Positions 11,464 through 22,733 of a stretch of 64,000 bases of DNA are shown in pieces. How positions within the stretch are numbered: the stretch's first letter is position 1; each line of letters begins with the position of its first letter. A program made the translations under genes and the position numbers. This DNA comes from Cyanidioschyzon merolae (Eukaryota): assembly GCA_000091205.1 (NCBI GenBank), contig AP006501.2. One strand, written 5' to 3'. A model generated the notes under the pieces. That model was not told the origin of the DNA, ran no database searches, and was given only the letters and a program-made list of their open reading frames with translations.

Positions 11464-13956
11464 TTATCGTTCCGACCCCGACGCACGTGCGTGCCGCGAA
11501 CGGTAGCGGCATGGGCGCACATGTCGCGCTTTGGATGCGAGGCCGTCAGTGGACGCGTGTGCTTCACAGGGCGCGCTCGCTGACATGCTACGGAGGATGT
11601 GCAGCTCTCTAGGCGGGATTCTCGACGGTTTTGCGTCGGAGACACATGACGGGGCGAGACGACCCAGCCAGTGCCAAAGGCTTTGCTGGTGAAGACGTTT
11701 CACTCGATACAACTGTGCTTTGTGTTCGTGTAGCTGGGCATGGAGCTGCGCGTTTTTGTACTCGGCTGCCTTGGCTTCCCAGGAGAGGCGCTCTAATCGT
11801 TCAACAAGCCCAGTCCTTTGTCGTGAAAGAGCAACGATACATTTGGTGGCCTTTGTACGCTGCTGTGCCTCGCGCACGAGGCACTGCTGCAGCCGTAACC
11901 ATAGGCTGTAATAGTGGTTTGCGTAAAAAGCCCAGGATATGTAGAACAGGAGCCACATAGGCGGAAGAACGCGTACGTGCTGTTCGTGATCCTGTTTGCC
12001 CAGCAGCGGCAACTGATGCCGGCTTTCCACAGATGGCAATAGCTCGGGACGATTATGCCCACGGCGTATGCTCCGATGTGTGCAAACCGCGGGCCAATCT
12101 CGTGAATTAGACTGGCTGAGGTCTGGGGCGTCTGCGCTCTCAGAACGCGAGCTCGACTGATCCGTAACGAAAGAGTTCGAGCCGTCCGGATCAACAGGCA
12201 CCGCCTTTCCGACCCGCTGCCTCGTCGTCCATAGCGCCTTCTCGAGCTCTGCAATGCGTTCGTCGCGCTCCAGGAAGCGAGCTTGCATACAGAGTAGGTG
12301 CGTTGAAAGTTCCTCATTGGCAGCGCGAAGGGTGTCTACCTGTTGAGCCCGCATTTCCGCCTCCACATAGGACGATTGCAGCATCCGTATTATTTTCTGT
12401 TGCTGTTCACAATGAGCTTCCATCGAACTCAAAAGACGGCTCATCGCTGATTCGCGCTCGTTGAGGCTCTCCCGAGACGCACGGTACTCTCCAAGTACCT
12501 GAGCGATTTCACGGACCTCTTTCATCTTATCGACGAGTTGCTCTCGCAGTTCAACGTATTGCCGTCTCGACGTTATTAGAGCTTCTTGCAAATTGTGAAT
12601 CTGCTTATAGAGCGCTTGAGTTTGTGCCTCTGTAGCATCTATGGAAGAGGTTTCCTCCTGGACAGAGACCGGAGGCCACGCAGCAAGCGCTCCGGCGGAC
12701 GCATGAGCGAGCGCCGCTTTGTGCGGCTGCCCGAGGGATTCGTCCGTATCAGCGCGTGGCGTTGACATTGCCTGCAGGCACCCGATCGAGGCATGCTGCA
12801 GACTTGTGGTGGGTATCTGAGTTGCGTCTTTCGTGCCCTTGGCTGCATCGAGCGTGTGCGCTTCCGGGATACCGCCGGATGACGGCTGGCTACGAGCCGA
12901 GTCTCCAACTTGATCGCATATCTCAGCATCCGCGTGAAACGAGTTCGTCCAATGAGATGCGTCCTGCCCGTTCTCTTTTTCGCAGTTTGACAATGGATGC
13001 ACATCATCTAAGTCTTTCATGATCGCCGTGATGAACTCCTGATCCGTGCTCCCATCCAGGGCGCTAGGATCTGGTTTCGCATCCCTGGAGACGGCCGGAG
13101 GTCGTAAAAGCTGCTTGATCCGAAAGCCGTCCACGCGTGTCGAGCAGTTGGACCCCTCTGAAGTGCTCTGGTCTTTTTCTGGAACTTTCGGAGCCCCTGT
13201 GTGCAAAGCAAGCGCCGCTGTCGTCATCCTTTCTAGATCAGCGCTGTCTGTGATGGATTCTGAACCTGAGCAAAGCTGCTCTCGAAATACACGCTCGACG
13301 CTTGCTTCGGTACACTCGTGCTCGAGCTCAGTGATTCGACGATCCTGCGCTTCAGCTCGTTCCAGGAGAGCCGCAGCTATCCCCAGAGCCTGCTTTAGGC
13401 CGGCCTCAAGTAACAGAGCAGCCACAAGTGCTATCTGAGAGGCAACCACTGGACGATGCTCACGTTGAACAGCGGTCCGATAGTGCTGCAGACGCCCTGC
13501 TGAATCAAGCAGATATGGTACATAATGCATGGTCACGAGTTGTCGTCTAATGCTGTCCAGTGTCGGGAAACCAGTCAGGTCCCTTCGTTGCGGGAAAAGC
13601 TCCCGCTGAAACCCAAGTCCTGCGCAAGTCAAGGGTTGCATACAAATTCCTAATCTAGAAGGGTTTCCTATCTGTTCGGGCCCATGTTCTGCGAGCAGCA
13701 CCAGAAAAATTTCTTGATCATGGAGTGATTCTGGTATGCTGCTCTCTAGGCCACGAGCCAGCTGAGCGAGCGCTTCCGAGCGCTCCTGCAGCGGTGGTGC
13801 AAGCAACAAATTCAGCGGCTCACCGCGGTTCTGTTTCTGTGTGTTTCCCGAAAAACCAACTCCGGGACTTGCGCCAGGTTCATTTTCTTTCTCGTTAGTG
13901 CGGTAGGCTTCCAGGGTCTGAACGACACCATCGAAATCCGGTCCCATGAAAGACAT
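11464..13956 (-). CDS. Hypothetical coiled-coil protein with a C-terminal hydrophobic segment
   Basis: 830-aa ORF starting at ATG (13956). It has extended heptad-like regions (QVDTLRAANEELSTHLL..., ERIAELEKAL...) and a hydrophobic WLLFYISWAFYANHYYSLWL stretch. No family recognised; the 3' extent is uncertain. Confidence 0.4.
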   Translation of the reverse strand: MSFMGPDFDGVVQTLEAYRTNEKENEPGASPGVGFSGNTQKQNRGEPLNLLLAPPLQERSEALAQLARGLESSIPESLHDQEIFLVLLAEHGPEQIGNPSRLGICMQPLTCAGLGFQRELFPQRRDLTGFPTLDSIRRQLVTMHYVPYLLDSAGRLQHYRTAVQREHRPVVASQIALVAALLLEAGLKQALGIAAALLERAEAQDRRITELEHECTEASVERVFREQLCSGSESITDSADLERMTTAALALHTGAPKVPEKDQSTSEGSNCSTRVDGFRIKQLLRPPAVSRDAKPDPSALDGSTDQEFITAIMKDLDDVHPLSNCEKENGQDASHWTNSFHADAEICDQVGDSARSQPSSGGIPEAHTLDAAKGTKDATQIPTTSLQHASIGCLQAMSTPRADTDESLGQPHKAALAHASAGALAAWPPVSVQEETSSIDATEAQTQALYKQIHNLQEALITSRRQYVELREQLVDKMKEVREIAQVLGEYRASRESLNERESAMSRLLSSMEAHCEQQQKIIRMLQSSYVEAEMRAQQVDTLRAANEELSTHLLCMQARFLERDERIAELEKALWTTRQRVGKAVPVDPDGSNSFVTDQSSSRSESADAPDLSQSNSRDWPAVCTHRSIRRGHNRPELLPSVESRHQLPLLGKQDHEQHVRVLPPMWLLFYISWAFYANHYYSLWLRLQQCLVREAQQRTKATKCIVALSRQRTGLVERLERLSWEAKAAEYKNAQLHAQLHEHKAQLYRVKRLHQQSLWHWLGRLAPSCVSDAKPSRIPPRELHILRSMSASAPCEAHASTDGLASKARHVRPCRYRSRHARASGSER

Positions 13957-14015
13957 GAACAGACCAACGCCCGAGCGGAGAAGGATTCGAAGTGCTCCTC
14001 AAAGGGCCCAACGAG

Positions 14016-14037
14016 ACACACACACACACACACACAC
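14016..14037. repeat. (AC)11 microsatellite
   Basis: acacacacacacacacacacac seen directly in the sequence. Confidence 0.9.
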
Positions 14038-15069
14038 CAAAACGTGCAACTCCTGTCCTGTAGAAGTTAGCAACGCTTTCGTTTATCCTTTGCGGAAGGC
14101 GCGTGCGCGTCGCTTCACGGGAGCACGACAGGCGACCCGCGTATCGACGCCGGCATCGCGTGTTGCGCTGTGGCGATTTGAAATCAGCGCGCGCTGCCGT
14201 GCCTCGCAATGGACGTGCCCTGCTAGACGCAGTTGACAACTCGATCTATCTGTATTTTTCTCGAGTTCCTTGAGGAACGGAAAATTCAGGAAGCAGACGG
14301 GACGTCCTGGTTTGGATTCGCATCCTAAGGTGTAGCATTCATGAGTCGCAGTAGAGGGTGGTATACCGCGCATGTCGACGTTAGACGGTAAAACGATCTT
14401 CGTTGCCCTCTGAATGCTTCTGCGAAGTGCGAGCCGCGGCGCAAATATAGGTCCAGGAGCCGAAGCAAACGAAAGAACTATCGAGTCTTAAAAAGCGAAT
14501 TTCGATGAAAATGGGGCAGTGAACTGCTCGTTCTCTTCGTGGCTATCGATATTTTTAGACATCGGTTTTCAAGAACATCCTCGATATTCTATGTGCAGCG
14601 AATAAGGATTGTCGGATTCAGATGCAGTTTTTTTCTTCGGATTCAAAGTCGAGTTTTTGGAGTGGCTCTTTCGATGCTTTGTCGCTAAAATTTGAGATGC
14701 TGCCAGCTTCAAGGCGATTCGCGACGCCCACGAACAAGCGATCGTAAGATGACCGATGCTCGTTTCCAAGTCAAATGTCCTTGGCTCTGCTCTTTTCCGT
14801 TCCTGACGTGTCCCATGCTCAAAGAACGCATTCTTCTAGGTTTCAATCGTTATATTTTCAACGAAACTCGTGGACGTTGCCATATCCGCTCATGGATTTC
14901 CGAAGGAAACTATGCAACGTCGTCTCGCGACGCGCTTTTGATAAGCTCACACCCAAAGTTCATGGAGCGCGCACACGTCAAATAAACGATTCCGTTCGGA
15001 AGACATATCCTCCTGTGTCGGTGGCAATTGCCGAAACTGCACGCGACAGCAGCATTATCTCTCTCACCG

Positions 15070-15700
15070 CTTACGTTAGATTAGGCTCCCGGCTCTTCTG
15101 TTTGCACGGGAAATGGCCGTGGACTCGAACTTGCGGCCTAGCAGCGATTGCTTCCAATGGAGCATGTGTCAGCGATTGCAGGAAATTAGCGTAGACGGAT
15201 CGGAATTTCTGGATTTGGTCTCCATCCAGGTTTTTCCTCCCAGTACTTGTTTCATCCTAGACAGCATCGCGTGCCACAAATCCTCTGTCGAATGGAACCT
15301 CGTTCGCTCGCAGCAGACAGCGTGCTCGCCAACGGAAGCGCCCTGAATACACCTCTGATCATACGATATAGCGCAGGGAATGGAAGCGAAAAGCCTTGAG
15401 TAGCGCCCTCTGTACACTGCAAGGGCATGTATCGCGTGACGAAAGCGAGCCTGCCCAGGCCATGGGTGGTCCTCGGAGCAGGAGCACGTGCGGTGGACCA
15501 ATTGGAACACCTCACAACTGCCAAGTGTCACCGTTGCAAAGTGCGCAACGAGGCTGTACGCAAAGAATATGAAAATCGCCAGCGGAACATAGACTGGAAC
15601 TTCCGCCCGTGCAGTGTATGCGTCGACAGCCGCCAGATGCTGCGAAATTCGGATGATAACGCTGCCACCAATATCCGTCGACTGCTGACACGCGAGCCGG
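15070..15700 (+). mobile_element. TnpB/Fanzor-like degenerate reading frame, copy A
   Basis: Three motifs in order. At 15075-15110 there is LGSRLFCLHGKW (TnpB N-terminal LG.ARFVYN-like). At ~15200 there is GSEFLDLVSI (GIDLG-like). At 15520-15680 there is TTAKCHRC-x24-CSVC-x10-DDNAATNIRRLL, which aligns with ISDra2 TnpB SSQLCHDCG...CPNCG...RDENAALNIRR. The three pieces lie in different frames, so the copy is pseudogenised. Confidence 0.6.
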
Positions 15701-16890
15701 ACTCAAACAAGCGGGTGGTTATTGAAAGCCGGATCTTTGAGATAAGAAACCGAAGCTGGCGTGGAAATCCGCCTCAAAGGCTGGTGTTGACGGCAATTGC
15801 AAGACATCCAAACGTTGTTATGCACGCTCACATTGGGGGGGGGGACCTATTCCTTGCTACTCAGATGCATTTTTGTTGTGGACGCCCAAGTCAGCAAAGG
15901 GGACTCTTTCCATTTTATTCTGACGTGGAAATAGGTTTGGGTGAGCGAATAACGCGCCGAAAGTCGATATTAATCGCGTACCCAGGTCAGTCTGGCTCGG
16001 TGCATCGTTTCTAAACCGCAAAACCAGGACCACACACCTGTGGTATCCGGGGGAAGCTGCTAGTGCCGCAAATCATTTACACCGCATAGAATTCGCCGGG
16101 CAGTCTGATACGTATGTTTCAGGGCCAGAGCAGGGGCTCTTCTGTGCCGAAGGCTTCACGGACATTACCTAACGAGACGCGAGCATACCACCCAGACACG
16201 TCCATGAAACCCATTCGACACGTAATGCGTGGATACCTGTCCCAGTTTGATTCACCCCCGCATGCACAGCATGCAATACGGAGCTGGTATCCGCAAACCG
16301 CATCCTCGAAAGCTTCTTCTTCTTCGTTGTCCTATTCACTTGTGAAAGTTATACAAAAGCGACCCGAATACTCCAACGCCTTGTTCTTCAAACGAAGGTG
16401 CAGCTCTCTTGTCCCGTGCTACGATCCGGTAAAGACGGATATCGCTCGAATCCGATGCAGCGACTGCAGGCGCCCGCGTTAGGAGTGCGCTCTCTCCATG
16501 GGACCAGCGTAAACGCAGCATCATCTTGAGGAGCATCGCACACTGGGTGCGTAAAGCGCGGGATACTGCAGATTGCCGCTGGTGCGAATCCAAGCCAATC
16601 TGGGCAATGATACGTGGTCTACGAATTCAAGTCAGGATGGAGCATGCTTCATGTGTGCTGCTCCCGAAAAGTCGCTTTTCTAACGCGGTCACTCGGTGCA
16701 CCTCGTCCTGCAAATCGGTGAAGCGACCCAGCGGCATCATTCCTCACAACCCTCTGGTCCTAACTTGATTCATTTGGAATCAGCGATACCATCGCCAGTG
16801 ACGCGCAACAAGCGCTTACACGTTCTACCGGCAATACGAGCAGCGAGCAGCTCTTCCGCGCTGCTACGTTTCACGTGCTAATTACCGCTC

Positions 16891-18486
16891 TCAGGGTGTT
16901 CGCCGGCGCCACCGAACGAGGCACGGAGGTTTGGGCCCCACCACCATCGCGGAATAGTCGGGAAGCGGCAGCGGACCTACGGGTTCCAGATCATAGTCCC
17001 GCAAGATGACACTCCAGATGGTCTTGATCTGGAGATAAGCGAACTGTTCTCCCATGCAAGCGTGACGGCCACCGCCGAATCCAATATGACTGAAAGGCAC
17101 GCGCTTATCCTCCTCGCGAGGCGGCGCGTACCGATCGGGATCATAACGATCGGGATCAGCGAAAACCTCCGGCAAACTCATCGCCAACGGAGGTGAAACC
17201 ACCACGATGTCACCTTTCGGAATGACGTAGTCACGGTAGGTTCGCGGAATGACGACCTCACGCATCAGGAAAATCAACGGTGGATACATGCGCAGTGCCT
17301 CTTTGATACACCGGTGCATCACATCCAATCGTAGCAGTGCATCGTAATCGATTTTGAAACAGCCGTCATCGTCGTACAATACCTGCTCCTGTTCGGCGCG
17401 CACGCGGGTAACGAGCTCCGGTTTCCGAAGCATCAATAATCCTGTCCAAGTGCCTGTGATGGTGCTCGTGTGCTGGCCCGCGAAAAGCACGGCAATAAGC
17501 AGGCCAGTGATTTGGTCGTCTGTGAGCCGCGAGCCGTCTCGATACTGCGAGTCCATAAAAACTTGTAAGACGTCGACTTCTTTCGCGGCCTCCAGCGCCT
17601 GTTGCGGGTCCTGCCCCACGCTCTCTGCCTGTGCTGCGATTTCCTGGTACCTCTTTCGTCGATTCGCGATGATGGACGCGAATAACCGACGCATCTCACG
17701 ACGGGCTCGATCGCGTTGCCAGTGCGCTTTACAGGGGAAATGCGGAGCGAAAACCGAAAGCGGCTGCATCCCTTGATCTAGCTGATGATAGAGGGTGCTC
17801 ACCTCTTCGAACAGTTGCTCGCGCACTTCCCGGCCCATTAGACAACGGGATGCAGTGAGAATGATCAACTCAGATAAGCTTTTCAAAAGATCAGCTGTAC
17901 CGTCAGTTCCATGCCAATGCCGCTTGAAGTATGTCTCTGCTTCCGCGACCATGAGCGGCACGTACTCCCGCAAACGCGCAGCCCGCAGAGCGGTTGATAC
18001 AAAGCGGAATTGCTCAAGGCGGATGGCGAGCGGCGCATCGTAGACGACTCCGCGGCCAAAGACCGGAACGGAGAACCCGTAAACTGGACCCTGATCCAGC
18101 TCGTCGTCATTGGCTCGGAAGAAAACCTCGTGCGCTCGGGGTCCCACCAGGAAAGTGAACCGCTTGGGCCCAACACGGAGCGTGAACACGTCCCCGAGTT
18201 GCGCATAGGCGCGCTTCGCCAGTTGGAGCGGGTTACGCGCAAACGCCGCGACGTTGCCGACAACCGGAAACCCTTCTGTGTACAGTGGCGGATAAGCAAG
18301 TTCCAAACCTTCGGCAGGTTTCGCTGGAGACAGCAACGTCGCCAAGGCCTGTGCTGCGCGAGTCATCAGCCAAACAAGAGCCGCTACACCCAACGCCAGC
18401 CAGCCGATAGCGTCGGTGTCGCCGTCACGGGCCCGAGCGAGTAACGCCTGAAACTGATTCGCAAGTGCTGCGAGGATGGTACCCAT
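16891..18486 (-). CDS. CYP51: Sterol 14-alpha-demethylase, cytochrome P450 family 51
   Basis: 531-aa single-exon ORF starting at ATG, with an N-terminal membrane anchor. It carries AGQHTS and the CYP51 heme-binding signature FGGGRHACMGEQFAYLQIKTIWSVILRDY. Confidence 0.9.
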   Translation of the reverse strand: MGTILAALANQFQALLARARDGDTDAIGWLALGVAALVWLMTRAAQALATLLSPAKPAEGLELAYPPLYTEGFPVVGNVAAFARNPLQLAKRAYAQLGDVFTLRVGPKRFTFLVGPRAHEVFFRANDDELDQGPVYGFSVPVFGRGVVYDAPLAIRLEQFRFVSTALRAARLREYVPLMVAEAETYFKRHWHGTDGTADLLKSLSELIILTASRCLMGREVREQLFEEVSTLYHQLDQGMQPLSVFAPHFPCKAHWQRDRARREMRRLFASIIANRRKRYQEIAAQAESVGQDPQQALEAAKEVDVLQVFMDSQYRDGSRLTDDQITGLLIAVLFAGQHTSTITGTWTGLLMLRKPELVTRVRAEQEQVLYDDDGCFKIDYDALLRLDVMHRCIKEALRMYPPLIFLMREVVIPRTYRDYVIPKGDIVVVSPPLAMSLPEVFADPDRYDPDRYAPPREEDKRVPFSHIGFGGGRHACMGEQFAYLQIKTIWSVILRDYDLEPVGPLPLPDYSAMVVGPKPPCLVRWRRRTP

Positions 18487-20984
18487 GATCTATCTTGGCA
18501 CTCAGTACAAGCCGTGTTCGACTATTCTGTCGTTCTGTGCGTCGATTACTCGCTATTTTTGCAGCGACGTCAATCAGACTAAGAATACCTAGTTGCGTAG
18601 GCAGGTACAAAGAGCGATACAGAACTGTCAAGGCCAGGGCCTCGCCTAGTGCCGATAACCAGTCGATACGAATGGTGCGGTGCGCGCTGTCGAGCACTGC
18701 TGTGCTGCGCTGCGCTGTGCTGCCGCGGCGGCGATGTCCACAGATGTGCGAAAAATTCCAGAGCGCCGCATCGAAAGCACAGCGGGCGCGCGTCTCTCAC
18801 GAATACCGTACGGGATCGCTGCATCTTCGGTGCGGAAGGCTCGAGTGCGCGCGATGGCGATCGGTTTTCAGGGCAGTCATCACTACTGCGATCCAGAACT
18901 TCAAAGTTCCACGATCCGCAAACAGGGCCTCATTTAGGACAAAGAGGCTTTAAGGGTTGCGCATTCGATATAGTATCCACTGTGGAGGAATTCTGCATCG
19001 GTGGGCAACCAAAGCACCTCTATCGCAATGTTCGTGTTCGTACGCGGGTTGCTGGGAGCATAAGCACCCTCGCAGTGAGCATACTGCGATTCCTGGACCC
19101 TCCAACGTAAATATTGGATCTATATGGAATTGTCTACCTTGACAAACTATCCTTCTGGAACGGCTTCCGCGGGACTCCGCGCGTCACCCACTACGCTGAG
19201 AAGCAGCGGCCTCGAATGAACTTGCGCTTGCACGAAGCGCCCTGAAAACAAACATCCAGCCGCGGCTTGGAGTCAGCCGAGCAGGCATAGAAGCGCATCA
19301 AAACTCGATCCGTCTAGGCCGCGAGCGCGTGTATGCATGATTTTCTTGGGCAGAGTGGCAACGTCCTTCACTTTGGTGGAAATGTTACGATTTATAGTGC
19401 AGACGAACGGAGAAAGCTGTTCTCCAGTGTAAGTCCTGTGTTAGATAGTGCCAGTAGGCTTTTTGGCGCGAAAGAGTCGAATGGCGCGCTCGAATGGCGA
19501 GACGAGGATCGAATCTGCGATCACAACACACCAGACGAGCGCTTTGGAGCATTTGGGAGCATCGGCATCCTCGCGGGTGCTTCTGTATCCGCAGAACGCG
19601 TACTGTGGAGCAGCTCAGCACGCAGGATGCCGCTGAATACCACCTCTGTTCTTCGAAAGAGAGTTTTGCTGAGGTTCATGGAAGCATGCAGCGTCTGTTA
19701 AGGAGAGATTCCAAGTTTTCCCTGGTTGCCTGCAGTATTCGCGCACAGGGAAAAAGGATTTGACTGATGGATCATTCACCGTAAAAAACTGCCTGTGCAG
19801 CACGCGGACGTTGCTGGGGAGCGTCCAGTTCCATTCGAAAAAGCAGCTCGCTAACAGATTCCGGAACCGGAGGACGCATACGGCAATATGTAGCGAAGGA
19901 ATCCGAGATCCTGTATTGTTTCTGCCATCGCATTGATGCGTCTGTGTTCGTGTCGATGACCGAGTCGTAGACACGGTATTCAAGTATGAAGTATACGCAG
20001 TAATAGAGAATCATGGGGTACCGTTGTCGTTCACCGAGTGCCCAGGACATATCCCCCAATGGAAACAATCGTCGCTCCGACCCCGGTTGGATTGCTGAAG
20101 CGCACCTAACCGGTACTTCACTGTGGCGAGAATCGGATTCCTTCGCTCCTGGATACTAATATTTAGCACCGAACGCCGGCAGTCGCTCAGCATGATGCCC
20201 ACGCTGCTCGCTAAACCATTCCCTGAAAAGCTCACTCGACAGGACGACGATGCGGAGCGCCCCTGCGAAGACTGGATATCGCTGCATGGGTGCACGTGCA
20301 CAAAAATGCCCAACGCTGTGTATGTATGGTACCACACCCTGTGGATCGCGCAGCACCAACAGGCACTTGTGCGCTTTTCTGCTTTGGTTTGCAAGATGAA
20401 ACCGTTTATATAGACGAATGCTGCGCGCGGCCCTTTGCACAACCAAATACAATGCTCTTCATGCCGTGTGAGAGACGCTTCGCTGTGTGTATTGCCATGA
20501 AATGAAAGCAATCGACTCTATGATGGTGAAGCTCGTTATGCTGATCGTCGCGGCTGCGCGGAATATTCCCGACAGCCTTGGAAACCGTGGCAGCGATGCG
20601 GTCTCAGAACTTCACGGTTCGCGAAATGCCCAGGTGACCATGAAGCAGCATGGTGTGACGAATGTGCTGTCGAATATGTTCGTCGCTGTTCGTGCTGGGC
20701 ATCATCGTGACGCGATTCCGGTCAAGGATCCCACTCGGGGGGAACAGCACTTCCTGTACAATGCCACAGGCGCCCGCGGATGACGCCCACAAGGTGTCTG
20801 CCTTTCGTGTCTGCCCGGATACGGATTTCTCCGGGCACCCAGATCCACCGAGGTCATACTTGGGGTAGCGAGCATGTATACTCCGTTTCGTATCTTCATC
20901 AAATAATCGGCATCGCACAGGAGTCCGCACGTTTGACGCTACGCGGGAGCGTCGGTATCACCGTTGTGGAGAAGCAACGACATC

Positions 20985-22733
20985 CTACCCTGTGCTATTC
21001 AGGTAGAGCTCACGGAGATACGTCAAAAGCCCGTGGTGGGCATCGGGAACATCCTTGAACGACGGGAAATAATTCAAATCCACAACATACAACGCACCGT
21101 CAACAACACTTCGAAGAACATCGAGCCCAAAAAGTGTCACATGCAAATTCTGCATGACGAGTCGTACGAGGCAGGCAGCGTCAGCCGGCGTCGGTGGCTC
21201 GGGATACCCACCGTCAGTGGCGATGCGGTCCGTGGCTCGAATTTGCGGCTCGGAGACAGCACACTTTCCAAAGTCGTATGTGTTCAGGATTCTATAACCT
21301 CGATCGGTGCCTCGTGGAATTGGCAACGTGCTTCGCGCATGAATAGACACCTGTTTGTCACTGCCAAGCACGTAAATCTTAAAGACAGCCTCACCGTGCG
21401 GGACGTACTCCTGGAGGTACACCTCATCACCAGCAAAGAGCCTGCTCGCATTCGAGTCTCGATGGTGTCGGGAAGCAGGCTCTGAGGTGAGAAGCCTCTC
21501 GAGACCATCCTCATCATAGACCAAAGCAATGTCATGGGAGGAACGCGGTCCACATGCAGTTCGCCGTTTCACTACAAGTGGAAAATGCATCTTCGCTAGT
21601 CGGCAGGCCTGTAGCCAGGGTATCGCACGCTGGAATTCGATGGTTCCCCATTTCGTTTCGTAGAACGAACCCTCTATATCAAGATCCGCATCACGTCTCG
21701 ACGCTGTCTCAGGACAAGGATTTGTTGCGGGATCAGTCAGGCCGCCCGATACAGGGCCCTGCTCACAGCCAGCAGGCCCCGCGGCTCCGCCGTTGCCAAA
21801 CCTAGCATTCAGCGTCGTACGCTGTTGTCGGGTGAACGCTTCACTAGCTGCTCTGGAAAACGTCCGTGCACCACGGTCCGCGGAACCCGCACACCATTTT
21901 GTTAGGCGAATCACAGAGCTGTGACCGTCTAGAATACCGCTGGCACCAGCAAGCGTCCCATGCTCATCAGCGGCCTGCTCTGATGCGAGCAAATGGTCCA
22001 AAACACTGCTAAATAGCGTGCGATCCGTCAACGTCCAAACAGCGTCCACAGGGTCGACAATAACTGGTCTTCGACCACGAATGCGCTTCTGTACTGCGAA
22101 CGCTTTGAAGCTACGTTCGAGCGCTGCCAGCCTCCGCTGTGCGTTCTTGTCGCCTCGTTGCGCCATTACCATATCATCGGTACGTTTGTGGATCACCATA
22201 TCCCAACATTCTGGACAATAAGCAAGGGGTTCTCGCTGTTTCTTTTGATTGTTTTCGAGGGCATACGGACCTTCTTCGAGATCCATCTCCACCAGGAGAA
22301 TAGGTCTCAGAAAAGCTCTTTGATACTCAGTATTCGCGTTTGCCTCCGCTGATGTTTGAAAGCGTTCTTCCTCACATAATGCAAGCTGTTGAAGAACGTC
22401 GAAAAAAGGCTTCTGCTTCTTTGTGTTGCAAGTATACGCAACAACGATGGGAGCCTGGACCCCTTCAGTGCGCACCAAACAGGTACGCATATGCCCTTCC
22501 GTTTTAGAAGCCTGGCTTGGGAGCAGCGTCGCAGGTTTTATCGCTTCGGCGCCAGGTACAGCTGCCTGTGGTGAGGTATCCGCGTTTTCACTCTTACCGT
22601 CCTCGTCTGGCGTTCGCTTGACCAGGTCGGGGCGCTCGCGGCCTGTTCGACAGCGCTCTAGCGAGGTACGCGCTCGACGCGCCTCTGCAGACGCGCCTTC
22701 TCGACGCCGCGACAGACCCGTGGTGGCCGGCAT
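20985..22733 (-). CDS. Inositol-tetrakisphosphate 1-kinase (ITPK1-like, ATP-grasp inositol phosphate kinase)
   Basis: Motifs DMVIHKRTDD, RPVIVDPVDAVWTLTDRTLF, QEYVPHGEAVFKIYVLGSD, LFGLDVL and YVVDLNYFPSFKDVPD match ITPK1 (DVIIHKLTD, VLDPLPAIRTLLDR, VVQNFINHNAVLYKVFVVGE, LFGIDII, VIDINAFPGY). The N-terminal extent is uncertain: the 22736 start is TTG, with ATG at 22733 and again at 22490. Confidence 0.7.
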   Translation of the reverse strand: MPATTGLSRRREGASAEARRARTSLERCRTGRERPDLVKRTPDEDGKSENADTSPQAAVPGAEAIKPATLLPSQASKTEGHMRTCLVRTEGVQAPIVVAYTCNTKKQKPFFDVLQQLALCEEERFQTSAEANANTEYQRAFLRPILLVEMDLEEGPYALENNQKKQREPLAYCPECWDMVIHKRTDDMVMAQRGDKNAQRRLAALERSFKAFAVQKRIRGRRPVIVDPVDAVWTLTDRTLFSSVLDHLLASEQAADEHGTLAGASGILDGHSSVIRLTKWCAGSADRGARTFSRAASEAFTRQQRTTLNARFGNGGAAGPAGCEQGPVSGGLTDPATNPCPETASRRDADLDIEGSFYETKWGTIEFQRAIPWLQACRLAKMHFPLVVKRRTACGPRSSHDIALVYDEDGLERLLTSEPASRHHRDSNASRLFAGDEVYLQEYVPHGEAVFKIYVLGSDKQVSIHARSTLPIPRGTDRGYRILNTYDFGKCAVSEPQIRATDRIATDGGYPEPPTPADAACLVRLVMQNLHVTLFGLDVLRSVVDGALYVVDLNYFPSFKDVPDAHHGLLTYLRELYLNSTG

